Source of the DNA: an uncultured bacterium
GTDB lineage: Bacteria; Fidelibacterota; UBA2242
DNA: 64,000 nt
Assembly: GCA_964588795.1 (NCBI GenBank)
Contig: CAZPQN010000009.1
Location: forward strand, 294-64,293
Direction of reading: 5' to 3'
Both the position numbers and the translations under genes were made by a program. This document shows positions 31,005 through 44,101 of the stretch, piece after piece (position 1 is the stretch's first letter; each line of letters begins with the position of its first letter). The notes under the pieces were generated by a model. That model saw only the letters and a program-made list of their open reading frames with translations. It did no database searches and was not told the DNA's origin.

Positions 31005-32459
31005 ATGGGGCTATGGGATTTTCAGTTGAGTTTCAAGGAGCTGGTCCTGGACTTTTCGTTTATGAGTGTTTTCCTGATCGTCGGCACGATTTTCCGGCGC
31101 TACGGATTGTTCTTTCAGAAGTATCTGATTCCGAACAATCTGATTGCCGGGTTCATCGGCCTGCTGATCGGGCCGCAGATTCTCGGGCATGTCCCGTTCG
31201 AAAAACTGTGGTCTGCCATCGGACTCGGCGGCCTCATCGGACGCATTTTCGTCCCGCTCGACGGCCAGCGCATGGGGCTGTACGTCTATCATCTCCTGGC
31301 GCTGACCTTTGTCGCCATTGGCCTGCGCGGGGAAAAGACGAGCTGGGGCAAAGGACCGCTGAGTTTCAGTCTCTCGATGCTCACCAGCTACATCATTCAG
31401 GGCACGCTGGGGCTTCTGGTATGTTTCATTTTCGTTTATACCACCAAACCCGAACTGTTTCCCGGCTTGGGTCTGTTATTGCCGATGGGTTTCGGGATGG
31501 GGCCCGGGCAGGCCTTTACGATTGGCAGCAGCTGGGAAAAATTCGGTTTCGAGGGAGGCGGCATGGCGGGCCTGACTATCGCCGCCGTGGGCTACCTGAT
31601 TGCCTATTTTGCCGGAATGGTCATCGTCAACAAGGGCATCAAGAACGGCGAAACGGCGCTGATCAAGGGCATTGACAGCATCTCAAGCGATATGCGCACG
31701 GGCGTCGTCAAGTACGGCGACAAACAGATCGCCGGCTTCCTGACCCTCTCGCTGGAGGCCATCGAACCACTGGCCTATCAGGTGGGGGTGATCGGCGTGG
31801 TGTACCTGGTGTCGTTCTGGGTTGCCAAGGGGTTAGCCTGGTGCCTGGTCAGCATCAATGCCGCTGGCTTTGTGTCGACGGTCTGGGCGTTTCATTTCGT
31901 CATCGCGCTATTGGTGGCACTCGCCTGTCGTAAGATCATGGACAAAATGAAAAAAGGCTATCTGATTGACCGGGGACTGATGACGCGCACCGCGGGATTG
32001 TTCGTGGACTACCTGATTGTCGGTTCCATCTGCGGCATCAGTCTGGCGGTAGTCTGGAAATACTGGGCGCCGATTCTGCTCATGTCCATTCTGGGCGGGA
32101 TTGCGACCTATTATATGCTCCGCTATGTCTGCTACCGCGCTTTCGACGACTATCACTTCGAACGCTTCGCGGCGGTGTTTGCCGAAATGACCGGCACCCT
32201 GAACTCCGGACTGGTGATGATCCGCGTGACCGATCCAGAATTCAAAACGCCGGTGGCGGAAGATTTGGTTTATTCCAGCGGCATCGCCCTCTTTTTCGGC
32301 CTGCCTCTGCTTATCCTGCTGAACGTGCCGATGAACTTCTTCAACAATAGCCTGTTCGGCTACTGGGTGACGTTCGGGTTGATGCTGTTGTACGGGATCA
32401 TCCTGTGGATTTTCTGGCGCGTGATTGGCTTTATCAAGTTCAAACGGGAGCGCGTGTAA
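31005..32459 (+). CDS. Polytopic membrane transporter, sodium/glutamate symporter (GltS/ESS) family-like
   Basis: AAGGAGG RBS. 12 or more predicted TM helices. N-terminal FFQKYLIPNNLIAGFIGLLIGPQILG resembles E. coli GltS FLKKYTIPEPVAGGLLVALA, and a later GFGMGPGQAF segment resembles GltS GGHGTGAA. Confidence 0.5.
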   Translation: MGLWDFQLSFKELVLDFSFMSVFLIVGTIFRRYGLFFQKYLIPNNLIAGFIGLLIGPQILGHVPFEKLWSAIGLGGLIGRIFVPLDGQRMGLYVYHLLALTFVAIGLRGEKTSWGKGPLSFSLSMLTSYIIQGTLGLLVCFIFVYTTKPELFPGLGLLLPMGFGMGPGQAFTIGSSWEKFGFEGGGMAGLTIAAVGYLIAYFAGMVIVNKGIKNGETALIKGIDSISSDMRTGVVKYGDKQIAGFLTLSLEAIEPLAYQVGVIGVVYLVSFWVAKGLAWCLVSINAAGFVSTVWAFHFVIALLVALACRKIMDKMKKGYLIDRGLMTRTAGLFVDYLIVGSICGISLAVVWKYWAPILLMSILGGIATYYMLRYVCYRAFDDYHFERFAAVFAEMTGTLNSGLVMIRVTDPEFKTPVAEDLVYSSGIALFFGLPLLILLNVPMNFFNNSLFGYWVTFGLMLLYGIILWIFWRVIGFIKFKRERV

Positions 32460-33104
32460 AATAGAGTCGAACTAATCCAGCATTGCCAACATTACGCGCT
32501 CTGACCGGCTAAAGCCATCTTTTATATACAATTTTTTATATTCTATTGGAGTTTGCGCTGTTTACCGCGAAGGCGACGCCGATTATGCGGCTGTGGTTTC
32601 TACCGACCGGCATGGCAATCTGCGCTGGCGTTATTATCTCGAGAAACTGATTGAATTCTTAACCTTGATTGGGGATGCAAAGGGCAAGGCTTAAAGCGTG
32701 GCTGGTAAAAAAATCTACTGCATTGCGCGGGGCGGCGATCTGCTCTGAACCCAGCATTATGCCGAAGCGGGATTCATCACCGAAACGATGAATTTAGCGA
32801 TTAACTCGCGGGATGAACTGACAGCCTGTATTGGTCATGGGCTGTAGCTTCGGCAGTAATCGGTTGAACTAAAATTAATCCGGTTAATGAGTAGCCCGGC
32901 CGTAAGTTGCGGGGGCAGGTATTCCCTGCCCGCCCAGCAGGCTCTCCGGAACGGGAACAAATGACCGCGCCTTCCCAATCGTGCAAAACGAATGGCAAAT
33001 TGCGTACCTGAAATATTTTGAGGGAATTTTCTCAAAACAGGGTTTGATATTTTATTTTTTTTTATTAATATTGCCGCCGTTGAATTGAATTTTGGGAGCA
33101 GTGA

Positions 33105-34298
33105 GTGAAAAAACGTATCGCAATCCTGACTGGTGGAGGTGATGTCCCGGGGCTCAACCCGGCGATCCGCGGGGTTACTTTACGCGCTTTGAAGGAAGGC
33201 TTTGAAGTCATCGGCATCCGGCGGGGCTGGGGTGGCATGCTGGACATCATCCGCGACAAGGACGCCGACAACAGCAACAACTTCCAAATACTCAATGCCG
33301 AAATCGTCAACAAGGCCGGCCGCACCGGCGGCACCTTCCTGCACACTTCGCGCACGCGCCCCAGCCACGTCGCCGCAGACGCCGTGCCCCCGCACCTGAA
33401 GGACAAGTACAACGCCAAAAGCAACGATCTGACTCCGGAAGTATTGAAGAATCTCGAATTTTTAGGCGTCGAATATCTGATCCCGATCGGCGGTGATGAC
33501 ACGCTCAGCTACGGCGTCACCCTGCATAAAGCCGGTTTCAAGGTCGTCGGCATTCCCAAAACCATGGACAACGACGTCCCCGGCACCGACTACTGCATCG
33601 GCTTCAGCACCTGCATCACCCGCACGCTCGAACTGACCCACAGCCTGCGTACCTCAGCCGGTTCGCATGAACGCTTTCTGGTCATCGAGGTTTTCGGGCG
33701 TTACGCCGGCTTCACGGCACTCCTGCCGACCATGGCGGGCGCCGCCAATCGTTGCGTCATTCCCGAATACAAATTCGACATGGAGCGTCTGGCCCAATTA
33801 CTGGTCGAAGATCGGTTTACCAATCCCAGCCACTATGCCGTCGCCATCGTTTCCGAAGGCGCACTGCCGAGCGGGCAGGACGAAATGATCACGCAGGGCG
33901 AGGAAAAAGACGCCTACGGACATAAGAAATTGGGCGGCATCGGTGAAATTGTTGCCAAGTTACTGAAAGACATGTCCGCCAAGTACAATCAGGGGCGCAA
34001 GATCAACGTCATTGGCCAGAAACTCGGCTACCTGGTGCGCTGTGGCGACCCGGACGCCTTCGATTCCATCGTGCCCATGGTCTACGGCAACATTGCCTTC
34101 GACCTGATTCTGAAAGGGCGCAGTGGGCTATTGGTGAACCTGAAAAACGGCGTTTACGGACATACCAATTTGGAAGTCGTAACCAGTTATAAAAAGGTCG
34201 TGGATGTGGAAAAGTTTTATGATACGGAGCGCTATCGTCCGCAGTACAAGAGCTTCGAACATAAACCGTTCTTCATCATGACCAGCAACAAAGCATAA
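33105..34298 (+). CDS. pfp: Pyrophosphate-dependent 6-phosphofructokinase (PPi-PFK, pfkA family)
   Basis: ILTGGGDVPGLNPAIRGV and IPIGGDDTLSYG carry GGDD instead of the GGDG of ATP-PFKs. GIPKTMDNDV has the Lys that marks PPi-dependence (ATP enzymes have Gly). GTG start after a GGGAG RBS. Confidence 0.8.
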   Translation: MKKRIAILTGGGDVPGLNPAIRGVTLRALKEGFEVIGIRRGWGGMLDIIRDKDADNSNNFQILNAEIVNKAGRTGGTFLHTSRTRPSHVAADAVPPHLKDKYNAKSNDLTPEVLKNLEFLGVEYLIPIGGDDTLSYGVTLHKAGFKVVGIPKTMDNDVPGTDYCIGFSTCITRTLELTHSLRTSAGSHERFLVIEVFGRYAGFTALLPTMAGAANRCVIPEYKFDMERLAQLLVEDRFTNPSHYAVAIVSEGALPSGQDEMITQGEEKDAYGHKKLGGIGEIVAKLLKDMSAKYNQGRKINVIGQKLGYLVRCGDPDAFDSIVPMVYGNIAFDLILKGRSGLLVNLKNGVYGHTNLEVVTSYKKVVDVEKFYDTERYRPQYKSFEHKPFFIMTSNKA

Positions 34299-34538
34299 CA
34301 TTTCCCTCCTCCCTCCTCTCAAAGAGGTCAAGCAAACAGGGCGACCAAATCGCCCTGTTTGCGTTTTTAGGGGAGACGGAAATGTTTCCTCCGCGGGTGA
34401 AGGCGTGGGTTGGGTTTTGGTACCTCGCGGGGGGAAGGGGGGCATTTGAATTTCTGCGGATTAATGCCTAATTTTACCGATGACAGGACTATTTGGCATT
34501 CAGAGCACGCACAAGAGAATTGCCGTGTCAATTATTAA

Positions 34539-38072
<3,534 letters not shown>

Positions 38073-38077
38073 TTTGG

Positions 38078-38124
38078 CTCTCCGCCTGACTGGCGTTTCT
38101 GCCGCCAGGCGGAGAGTTTTATTT
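38078..38124 (+). terminator. Rho-independent terminator downstream of PFOR
   Basis: GGCTCTCCGCCTG-actggcgtttctgccgc-CAGGCGGAGAG inverted repeat (11-bp GC-rich stem) followed by TTTTATTT, 6 nt after the stop codon. Confidence 0.7.
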
Positions 38125-38178
38125 GCCTGTCTGGCGTAGTGATTCGCCAGTGGACTTAAAGGCACTTATTTATAATCA

Positions 38179-39783
38179 TCAGCACTGGTTGAGCCATAGC
38201 GGATTGGTCAGGGCAAAATGACCGGTGCGGGTGTACAATTCCGCCCGCCAGTAACCTCTTGCGGGTACTTCGGCGAGGCCGATTTGGCGCTGAATACTCA
38301 ATGCCCCGCCCGGAAAGTCGAAAGTTTTATATTCCTGTTCGCGCCCCCGATCAACGTCACCGGCATAAATAATTAAGCGGCGCAGAGAACCAAAATGGTA
38401 ACTGGAACGGACATCCAATTTCAACAATCCGCCGGCGGAGCAATTCGCGTCAGCGGCTTTTTCCCAGTCGATAGCCAAAAAGGGGCCATTGGAAACCAGG
38501 CTGGGTGCGGACTTCAGGCTGTTGCTCAACTGCGTTACAGCGAGCGGACCGGCCACCTTGACGCCGGTGACGAATGCACCGCAGACCTGGTGATCGTGTT
38601 CATGCATTGACCAGAGTGGCACCTTTATCTGGCGGAAGCGGTTGAAATTGCCGTGGGCATCATTGCCGGCGAATATGCGCAGGCGCCGACCCGCCAGCAA
38701 ATGCTTGATCCAGTGCCGTTTGCCCGTCTCAAAATCGTCACCCGTGTGTCCGTTCAGGATCTGCCAGCCGCTCAGGTTGCGGTGCCAGTCGCAGGGGTTC
38801 CAGGTGTCGCGCCGGATGATCAGGCGGTGGCTGAAAACCGGGTGGGTAAAGGGATGCGTGGCAAAAGCCAGACTCGTTTCCGGAAGAAGGTCTAATATCC
38901 GGGCAAAATGCGACTCGGAGGCGTAACCGAGTGATTTTTCCAGCCCGTCGCCGGTGCCGGGGAAAAATTGCGCAGAATTGAGGACTGCCATATGCACGTT
39001 GCGTCCCAGGCCGTTGTCCACCGAGACTTCCTCGCCGGGAAGCAGGACGAAAGCCGGATTACTGCGATTGATTTCCTGCACCTCGGCCAAATAATCCTGC
39101 CACTTGTGGAGCTCGGGATCATTTGCAAACCAGGAATCCGGTTGGTCATCAAGATCATAGGAATGTTCAATCAGGGCTCCGAATGATAGACCCATGGGTT
39201 GCGCGAAAGCGGGGATGTAAGCCGCCGGCAACCCGAATTCCACGGCATCCGCGGTCCAGTGGGAATGCAGATGCAGGTCGCCCCAGTGCCAGCCGGGCGC
39301 CGCCGGACGAGGTTCGTCGTCAATAAAAGTCGTCAGGGGGCGGTGTGACAACGTCGCATAGTTATCGTTGTGCACCTGGAAAGCACGCCGCGCGGTACGC
39401 AGAAAAGCCCGACCGCAGACAGTGACTTGCTGTTGTTTCAGGTGCGCGACGGGCAGGTTGTATATTCTGACCAGCCATTTCTGATTGATGGTCAGGTTTT
39501 CCGGGAAGCAGAATTCCTGACGGTCAGCTTGGTCGAGTGTTTTGATGGTCAGGCAAACCTTTGCGAGCGTCACCGGGAACCAGTGTGCGTCTTTGATGAC
39601 GAGGGCGACCGGCAGATAGTCGGTTTCGACGCGCCGGGGTGCGTCGAAGACGATTTCGGGCTCTTTTTTGAAGAGTCGTCCACGCCAGAAACGGGTGCGC
39701 AGGTGCATCTCGGCGTACAGCCAGACAATCATCAGCGCCGCGATCCAGCCCGGCTCTATCGCTATCCCAACAGATACCTGCAT
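38179..39783 (-). CDS. Membrane-anchored PHP-domain protein (putative metal-dependent phosphoesterase, CehA/McbA-like)
   Basis: N-terminal hydrophobic anchor (GIAIEPGWIAALMIVWLY). GWHWGDLHLHSHWT is the DLHxHS PHP-domain metal-binding motif, with further His/Asp-rich segments (FATHPFTHP, GNDAHGNF). Confidence 0.45.
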   Translation of the reverse strand: MQVSVGIAIEPGWIAALMIVWLYAEMHLRTRFWRGRLFKKEPEIVFDAPRRVETDYLPVALVIKDAHWFPVTLAKVCLTIKTLDQADRQEFCFPENLTINQKWLVRIYNLPVAHLKQQQVTVCGRAFLRTARRAFQVHNDNYATLSHRPLTTFIDDEPRPAAPGWHWGDLHLHSHWTADAVEFGLPAAYIPAFAQPMGLSFGALIEHSYDLDDQPDSWFANDPELHKWQDYLAEVQEINRSNPAFVLLPGEEVSVDNGLGRNVHMAVLNSAQFFPGTGDGLEKSLGYASESHFARILDLLPETSLAFATHPFTHPVFSHRLIIRRDTWNPCDWHRNLSGWQILNGHTGDDFETGKRHWIKHLLAGRRLRIFAGNDAHGNFNRFRQIKVPLWSMHEHDHQVCGAFVTGVKVAGPLAVTQLSNSLKSAPSLVSNGPFLAIDWEKAADANCSAGGLLKLDVRSSYHFGSLRRLIIYAGDVDRGREQEYKTFDFPGGALSIQRQIGLAEVPARGYWRAELYTRTGHFALTNPLWLNQC

Positions 39784-39937
39784 TGGGCAAAATCTATCAT
39801 TTACCCGACCGAACTAACAAGATTTTTCGCAGTCGGTTTATGGCGTTTGGGGTTTAAAACGGGGAAAATTCGTTGACACTTAATTGCATTGCCCTTAAAT
39901 TCACCTGCATTTTTGTCTTTCGAAAGGAGTGAATTTT

Positions 39938-40498
39938 TTGGCAACGACAGCCGACATCCGCAATGGTCTGGTAATCAATTTCAATGGCGAATTGGCACGC
40001 GTCATAGAGTTTCAACATATCAAGCTGGGCAGAGGCGGCGCCCGCATCTGGACCAAATTTAAAAAAATCCGTACCGGACAGGTCATCGAAAATACCTACC
40101 GTTCGGGTGAAAAAATCGAGATTGTCCGTCTGGAAGCGCGGGAAATGCAGTACTTGTACCACGATGGTCATAATTACGTTTTGATGTCCCTGGAAAACTA
40201 CGAACAGATCGCCGTCCCGGGTGAGATATTTGAATCCGCTTCCCATTTTGCCAAGGAAAACGAAATCGTCAGGGTCCTGTTTCACGACGAAACGCCCATC
40301 GACGTCGAACTGCCACCTCATGTTAATTTAGTCGTAAAGTCCACCGAGCCGGGAATGCGCGGCGACACGGTCACGGGGGCCACCAAGCCCGCGGTGCTGG
40401 AAACCGGATTCACCGTGCAGGTACCATTATTTATCAATGAAGGGGATATTGTGCGGGTGGATACCCGTTCCGGCACCTACTGTGAGCGTGTTAAATAA
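39938..40498 (+). CDS. efp: Translation elongation factor P
   Basis: AAGGAG RBS about 9 nt upstream of a TTG start. (M)ATTADIRNGLVINFNGELARVIEFQHIKLGRGGARIWTKFKKIRTGQV aligns with the EF-P N-terminus, including the modified Lys loop (KLGRGGA). Confidence 0.9.
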   Translation: MATTADIRNGLVINFNGELARVIEFQHIKLGRGGARIWTKFKKIRTGQVIENTYRSGEKIEIVRLEAREMQYLYHDGHNYVLMSLENYEQIAVPGEIFESASHFAKENEIVRVLFHDETPIDVELPPHVNLVVKSTEPGMRGDTVTGATKPAVLETGFTVQVPLFINEGDIVRVDTRSGTYCERVK

Positions 40499-40511
40499 AC
40501 ACGGAGGGGTA

Positions 40512-40988
40512 ATGAGGTCAGAAAAAATTCTGGAATTGGTCAAAATTCTCGAGTCGCATAATGTAGACGAGATCGAGGTTTCGCGCTGGGGACAAAAAAT
40601 CCGCGTCGCCAAGAACGTCAGTCGCGGCGTCACGGAAATCGAAACCACATCCGAGACTCACAAGACCAAAAAGCCGCCGCACCACCAGCTGGCGGAGACG
40701 ATCCCGTTTGAACCCAAAGCGGCCGTGACGGAGGAGATCAATCACAATCAGGTCGAAGTCAAGTCGCCGATCGTCGGCACCTTTTACCGCGCGCCGGCGC
40801 CGGATGCCGAACCCTATGTCAAGGTCGGCAGTGCGGTGGCGGTCGGTCAGCCGCTGTGTATCATCGAAGCCATGAAGATTATGAACGTCATCGAAGCCGA
40901 AGTCGCAGGCAAAATTACCCAGATTCTGGTCGAGAACGCCCATTCCGTCGAATACAACCAGACGCTGTTCATCATCGAAAAATCCTGA
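40512..40988 (+). CDS. accB: Acetyl-CoA carboxylase biotin carboxyl carrier protein
   Basis: GGAGGGG RBS. C-terminal biotinyl domain with IIEAMKIMNVIEAE (EAMKM biotin-attachment motif). Ala/Pro-rich linker. Confidence 0.9.
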   Translation: MRSEKILELVKILESHNVDEIEVSRWGQKIRVAKNVSRGVTEIETTSETHKTKKPPHHQLAETIPFEPKAAVTEEINHNQVEVKSPIVGTFYRAPAPDAEPYVKVGSAVAVGQPLCIIEAMKIMNVIEAEVAGKITQILVENAHSVEYNQTLFIIEKS

Positions 40989-41013
40989 GAAGTAAGAAAG
41001 TCAGTCTGAACCA

Positions 41014-42363
41014 GTGATCAAAAAACTGCTGATCGCCAATCGCGGAGAAATTGCTTTAAGGGTCATCCGCGCCTGCAAGGAGCTCGGTATCGCCACCGTG
41101 GCCGTCTACTCGACCGCCGACAAACTTTCTCTGCACGTGCGTTTCGCCGACGAGGCGGTGTGCATCGGCCCGCCGGAAAGCAAGCACAGTTACCTCAAAA
41201 TGGCCCAGATCATCGGCGCCGCCGAAGTGACCAACGCCGACGCCATTCATCCCGGCTATGGCTTCTTGGCGGAGAATGCCGATTTTGCCCAGATGTGCGA
41301 GGATAATGAGATTCTTTTCATCGGCCCGAAACCGGCCGCGATCCGCACCATGGGCGATAAAGCCACCGCCCGGGAAACCGTCCGCAAAGCCGGCGTTCCG
41401 GTCATTCCCGGCTCTTCTACCACGGTGGACAACATCGAAACCGTAAAAAAAATCGCCGAACAGATCGGTTATCCGATCATCCTGAAAGCCACCGCCGGGG
41501 GTGGTGGACGGGGCATGCGCATTGTCCGGCAGATCGCCGAATTGGAAAATGCCTATGCGACCGCCCGGGAGGAAGCCCTCAAAGCCTTTGGTAACGCCGG
41601 GCTTTACGTCGAGAAATTGGTCGAGGATGCCCGTCACATTGAATTTCAGATTATCGGCGACAATTACGGCAACATCATCCATTTGGGCGAGCGTGAATGT
41701 TCCATTCAGCGTCGGCATCAGAAACTGATCGAGGAATCGCCCTCTCCCGCCCTGAACAATGAACTGCGGGAAAAAATGGGCCGGGTAGCGATCCGCGCGG
41801 CTAAGGCGGTCAACTACTCCAGCGCCGGAACCATCGAATTCCTATTCGACAACCGGCAGAATTTCTACTTCATGGAAATGAATACCCGCATCCAGGTCGA
41901 ACATCCAGTCACCGAGATGGTCACCGGCATTGACCTGCTGAAAGAGCAAATCCGCTTGGCGGATGGCGCCAAAATACCCAAATGGATGAAAAAGTTCAGC
42001 CTGCGCGGGCATGCCATTGAGTGCCGGCTGAATGCCGAGGATCCGACCCGCAATTTCCTGCCTGCTCCTGGACAGATTCAGGCCTTTCACGCCCCGGGTG
42101 GGCTGGGCGTCCGCATGGACACGCACGTTTATGCCGGTTATACTATCCCCCCCTACTACGATTCCCTGCTCGGCAAACTTATTACCCACGGTCGCGACCG
42201 CGCGGAAGCCCTGCAGAGGATGCAACGCGCTCTGGAAGAAACCATCATCGAAGGCATTCCGACCACCGTGGCCTTCCACCAGGCCATCTTAGCCGAAGAA
42301 GCCTTTCGGAGCGGCGCTTTCAATATCAATTTCTTAAACACATTCAATTTCAATAAAACTTAG
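41014..42363 (+). CDS. accC: Acetyl-CoA carboxylase biotin carboxylase subunit
   Basis: [39 protein letters not shown]-grasp region, ...[15 protein letters not shown]. Full-length BC. GTG start. Confidence 0.95.
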   Translation: MIKKLLIANRGEIALRVIRACKELGIATVAVYSTADKLSLHVRFADEAVCIGPPESKHSYLKMAQIIGAAEVTNADAIHPGYGFLAENADFAQMCEDNEILFIGPKPAAIRTMGDKATARETVRKAGVPVIPGSSTTVDNIETVKKIAEQIGYPIILKATAGGGGRGMRIVRQIAELENAYATAREEALKAFGNAGLYVEKLVEDARHIEFQIIGDNYGNIIHLGERECSIQRRHQKLIEESPSPALNNELREKMGRVAIRAAKAVNYSSAGTIEFLFDNRQNFYFMEMNTRIQVEHPVTEMVTGIDLLKEQIRLADGAKIPKWMKKFSLRGHAIECRLNAEDPTRNFLPAPGQIQAFHAPGGLGVRMDTHVYAGYTIPPYYDSLLGKLITHGRDRAEALQRMQRALEETIIEGIPTTVAFHQAILAEEAFRSGAFNINFLNTFNFNKT

Positions 42364-42375
42364 GAGGATGCTCTA

Positions 42376-42753
42376 ATGAACGTTCCTGGAAACCTGAAGT
42401 ATACCAACGACCATGAATGGGCGCTGATCGAAGGCCCCGAGGCGGTGATCGGAATAACTGATTACGCCCAGGGCCAACTGGGTGACGTGGTGTACGTTGA
42501 ACTGCCCCAGATTGGCAGTCGCGTCAACAAAGGCGAATCACTCGGAACGATCGAAGCCGTGAAGACTGTGGCGGATGTCTTTGCTCCGCTCAGCGGCGAG
42601 GTCATCGCCGTCAACGACGCTCTGAAAAATGCCGCCGAACTACTCAACAAGGCGCCCTACACTGACGGTTGGGTCGCTCGCCTGAAAATCAGCCATCCGG
42701 CTGAAGCGGAACAGTTACTGAGTCCGGACGACTATTCGAAATTAGTTGGATAG
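42376..42753 (+). CDS. gcvH: Glycine cleavage system H protein
   Basis: AGGAGG RBS. Lipoyl-lysine motif ESLGTIEAVKTVADVFAPLSGEV. 125 aa. Confidence 0.9.
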   Translation: MNVPGNLKYTNDHEWALIEGPEAVIGITDYAQGQLGDVVYVELPQIGSRVNKGESLGTIEAVKTVADVFAPLSGEVIAVNDALKNAAELLNKAPYTDGWVARLKISHPAEAEQLLSPDDYSKLVG

Positions 42754-42756
42754 ACT

Positions 42757-44097
42757 ATGCATTATATTCCGAACACCCGCGGTGTGGAACAAGAACTCCT
42801 GCGTTCCATCGGCGTGGAACGCTTCGAGGACCTGCTCGCCAACATACCGGACCAATTTTTAAAGCGCTGTCGGATTGACCTGCCTGCGCCGCTCTCTGAG
42901 CCGGAGCTGACGCGCCTGATGCACGATTTGGCGCGGAAAAACGCTCAGGCGGTGGATTACGTATCGTTTTTAGGCGGGGGAGCCTATGATCACTTCATTC
43001 CCGCCGTGGTGGATTTCCTGCTCGCCCGCTCCGAATTTTATACAGCCTACACCCCCTATCAGCCGGAAGTCAGTCAGGGCACCCTGCAATCCATTTATGA
43101 ATATCAATCCCTGATCTGCCATTTGATGGATCTGGAAGTGGCGAATGCCTCGCTATACGACGGAGCGACGGCCCTGGCGGAAGCCGCGATCATGACCGCC
43201 TCGATTACCCGTAAAAACAAATTTCTCGTTTCGCCGCTGATCAATCCGCAGATGTTAGCGGTACTGGAGACCTATCTGAAAACCCGCCGAATGACTTTCT
43301 CTTATCTGGCGGAAAAGAATGGCCTGACCGATTTCGGACAGCTGGCGGAGCAAATTGATGAACACACGGCGGGTGTTTTGGTTCAGTCGCCCAACTTTTT
43401 AGGGCTGATCGAAGACCTCTCCGGGGTGGCGGATAGCGTCCATGCCCGGCAGGCACTGCTGATCATGGCGGTTGACCCTATTGCCCTGGCTCTGCTTAAA
43501 ACTCCGGGCGAATGGGGCGCCGACATCGCCGTCGCCGAAGGTCAACCGCTTGGCCTCCACCAGTCCTGTGGGGGACCTTATCTGGGCGTTTTCGCCACGA
43601 AGCGTCAGTTCGTGCGCTCGATGCCCGGGCGGATCGTCGGACAAACCAGCGACCTTGACGGACGCCGCGGCTTTGTCCTGGTTCTGCAAACCCGCGAACA
43701 ACATATTCGCCGCGAGAAGGCGACTTCGAATATTTGCACAAATCAGGGGTTGATGGCCTTGGCGGCGACTATTTACCTGGCACTGATGGGTAAAAACGGT
43801 CTGCGGCACGCCGCTGAATTATGCCTGCAAAACAGCCACTATCTCGCGGAACAGATTGCCAAGTTACCCGGCTACGCCCTGCCTTACGGAGCGGTTCCGT
43901 ATTTCAAGGAGTTTGTCGTCACTACGCCTCGGCCTGCCGGAGAGATTATCCAAGCCGCGCGCACGGCCGGGTTCCTGGCCGGAATCGATTTGGGGCGCTA
44001 CCGCCCCACCTGGCAGGATCACCTGCTGATCGCGACGACGGAAAAGCGTACCCAGCGTGAAATGCATGATTTTGTAAAATTTTTGGCTAAATTTTGA
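42757..44097 (+). CDS. gcvPA: Glycine dehydrogenase (decarboxylating) subunit 1 (N-terminal half of split P-protein)
   Basis: 446 aa. MHYIPNTRGVEQELLRSIGVERFEDLL... matches the GcvPA family. No gcvPB or gcvT follows. Confidence 0.85.
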   Translation: MHYIPNTRGVEQELLRSIGVERFEDLLANIPDQFLKRCRIDLPAPLSEPELTRLMHDLARKNAQAVDYVSFLGGGAYDHFIPAVVDFLLARSEFYTAYTPYQPEVSQGTLQSIYEYQSLICHLMDLEVANASLYDGATALAEAAIMTASITRKNKFLVSPLINPQMLAVLETYLKTRRMTFSYLAEKNGLTDFGQLAEQIDEHTAGVLVQSPNFLGLIEDLSGVADSVHARQALLIMAVDPIALALLKTPGEWGADIAVAEGQPLGLHQSCGGPYLGVFATKRQFVRSMPGRIVGQTSDLDGRRGFVLVLQTREQHIRREKATSNICTNQGLMALAATIYLALMGKNGLRHAAELCLQNSHYLAEQIAKLPGYALPYGAVPYFKEFVVTTPRPAGEIIQAARTAGFLAGIDLGRYRPTWQDHLLIATTEKRTQREMHDFVKFLAKF

Positions 44098-44101
44098 CAT
44101 C

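Noticed and set aside
32801-33035. Two overlapping 65-66-aa minus-strand ORFs in the long intergenic region upstream of pfp
   Set aside because: No RBS, they overlap each other, and their composition is biased. The region is more plausibly non-coding leader or regulatory sequence; it is kept as a finding about the region rather than as CDS calls.
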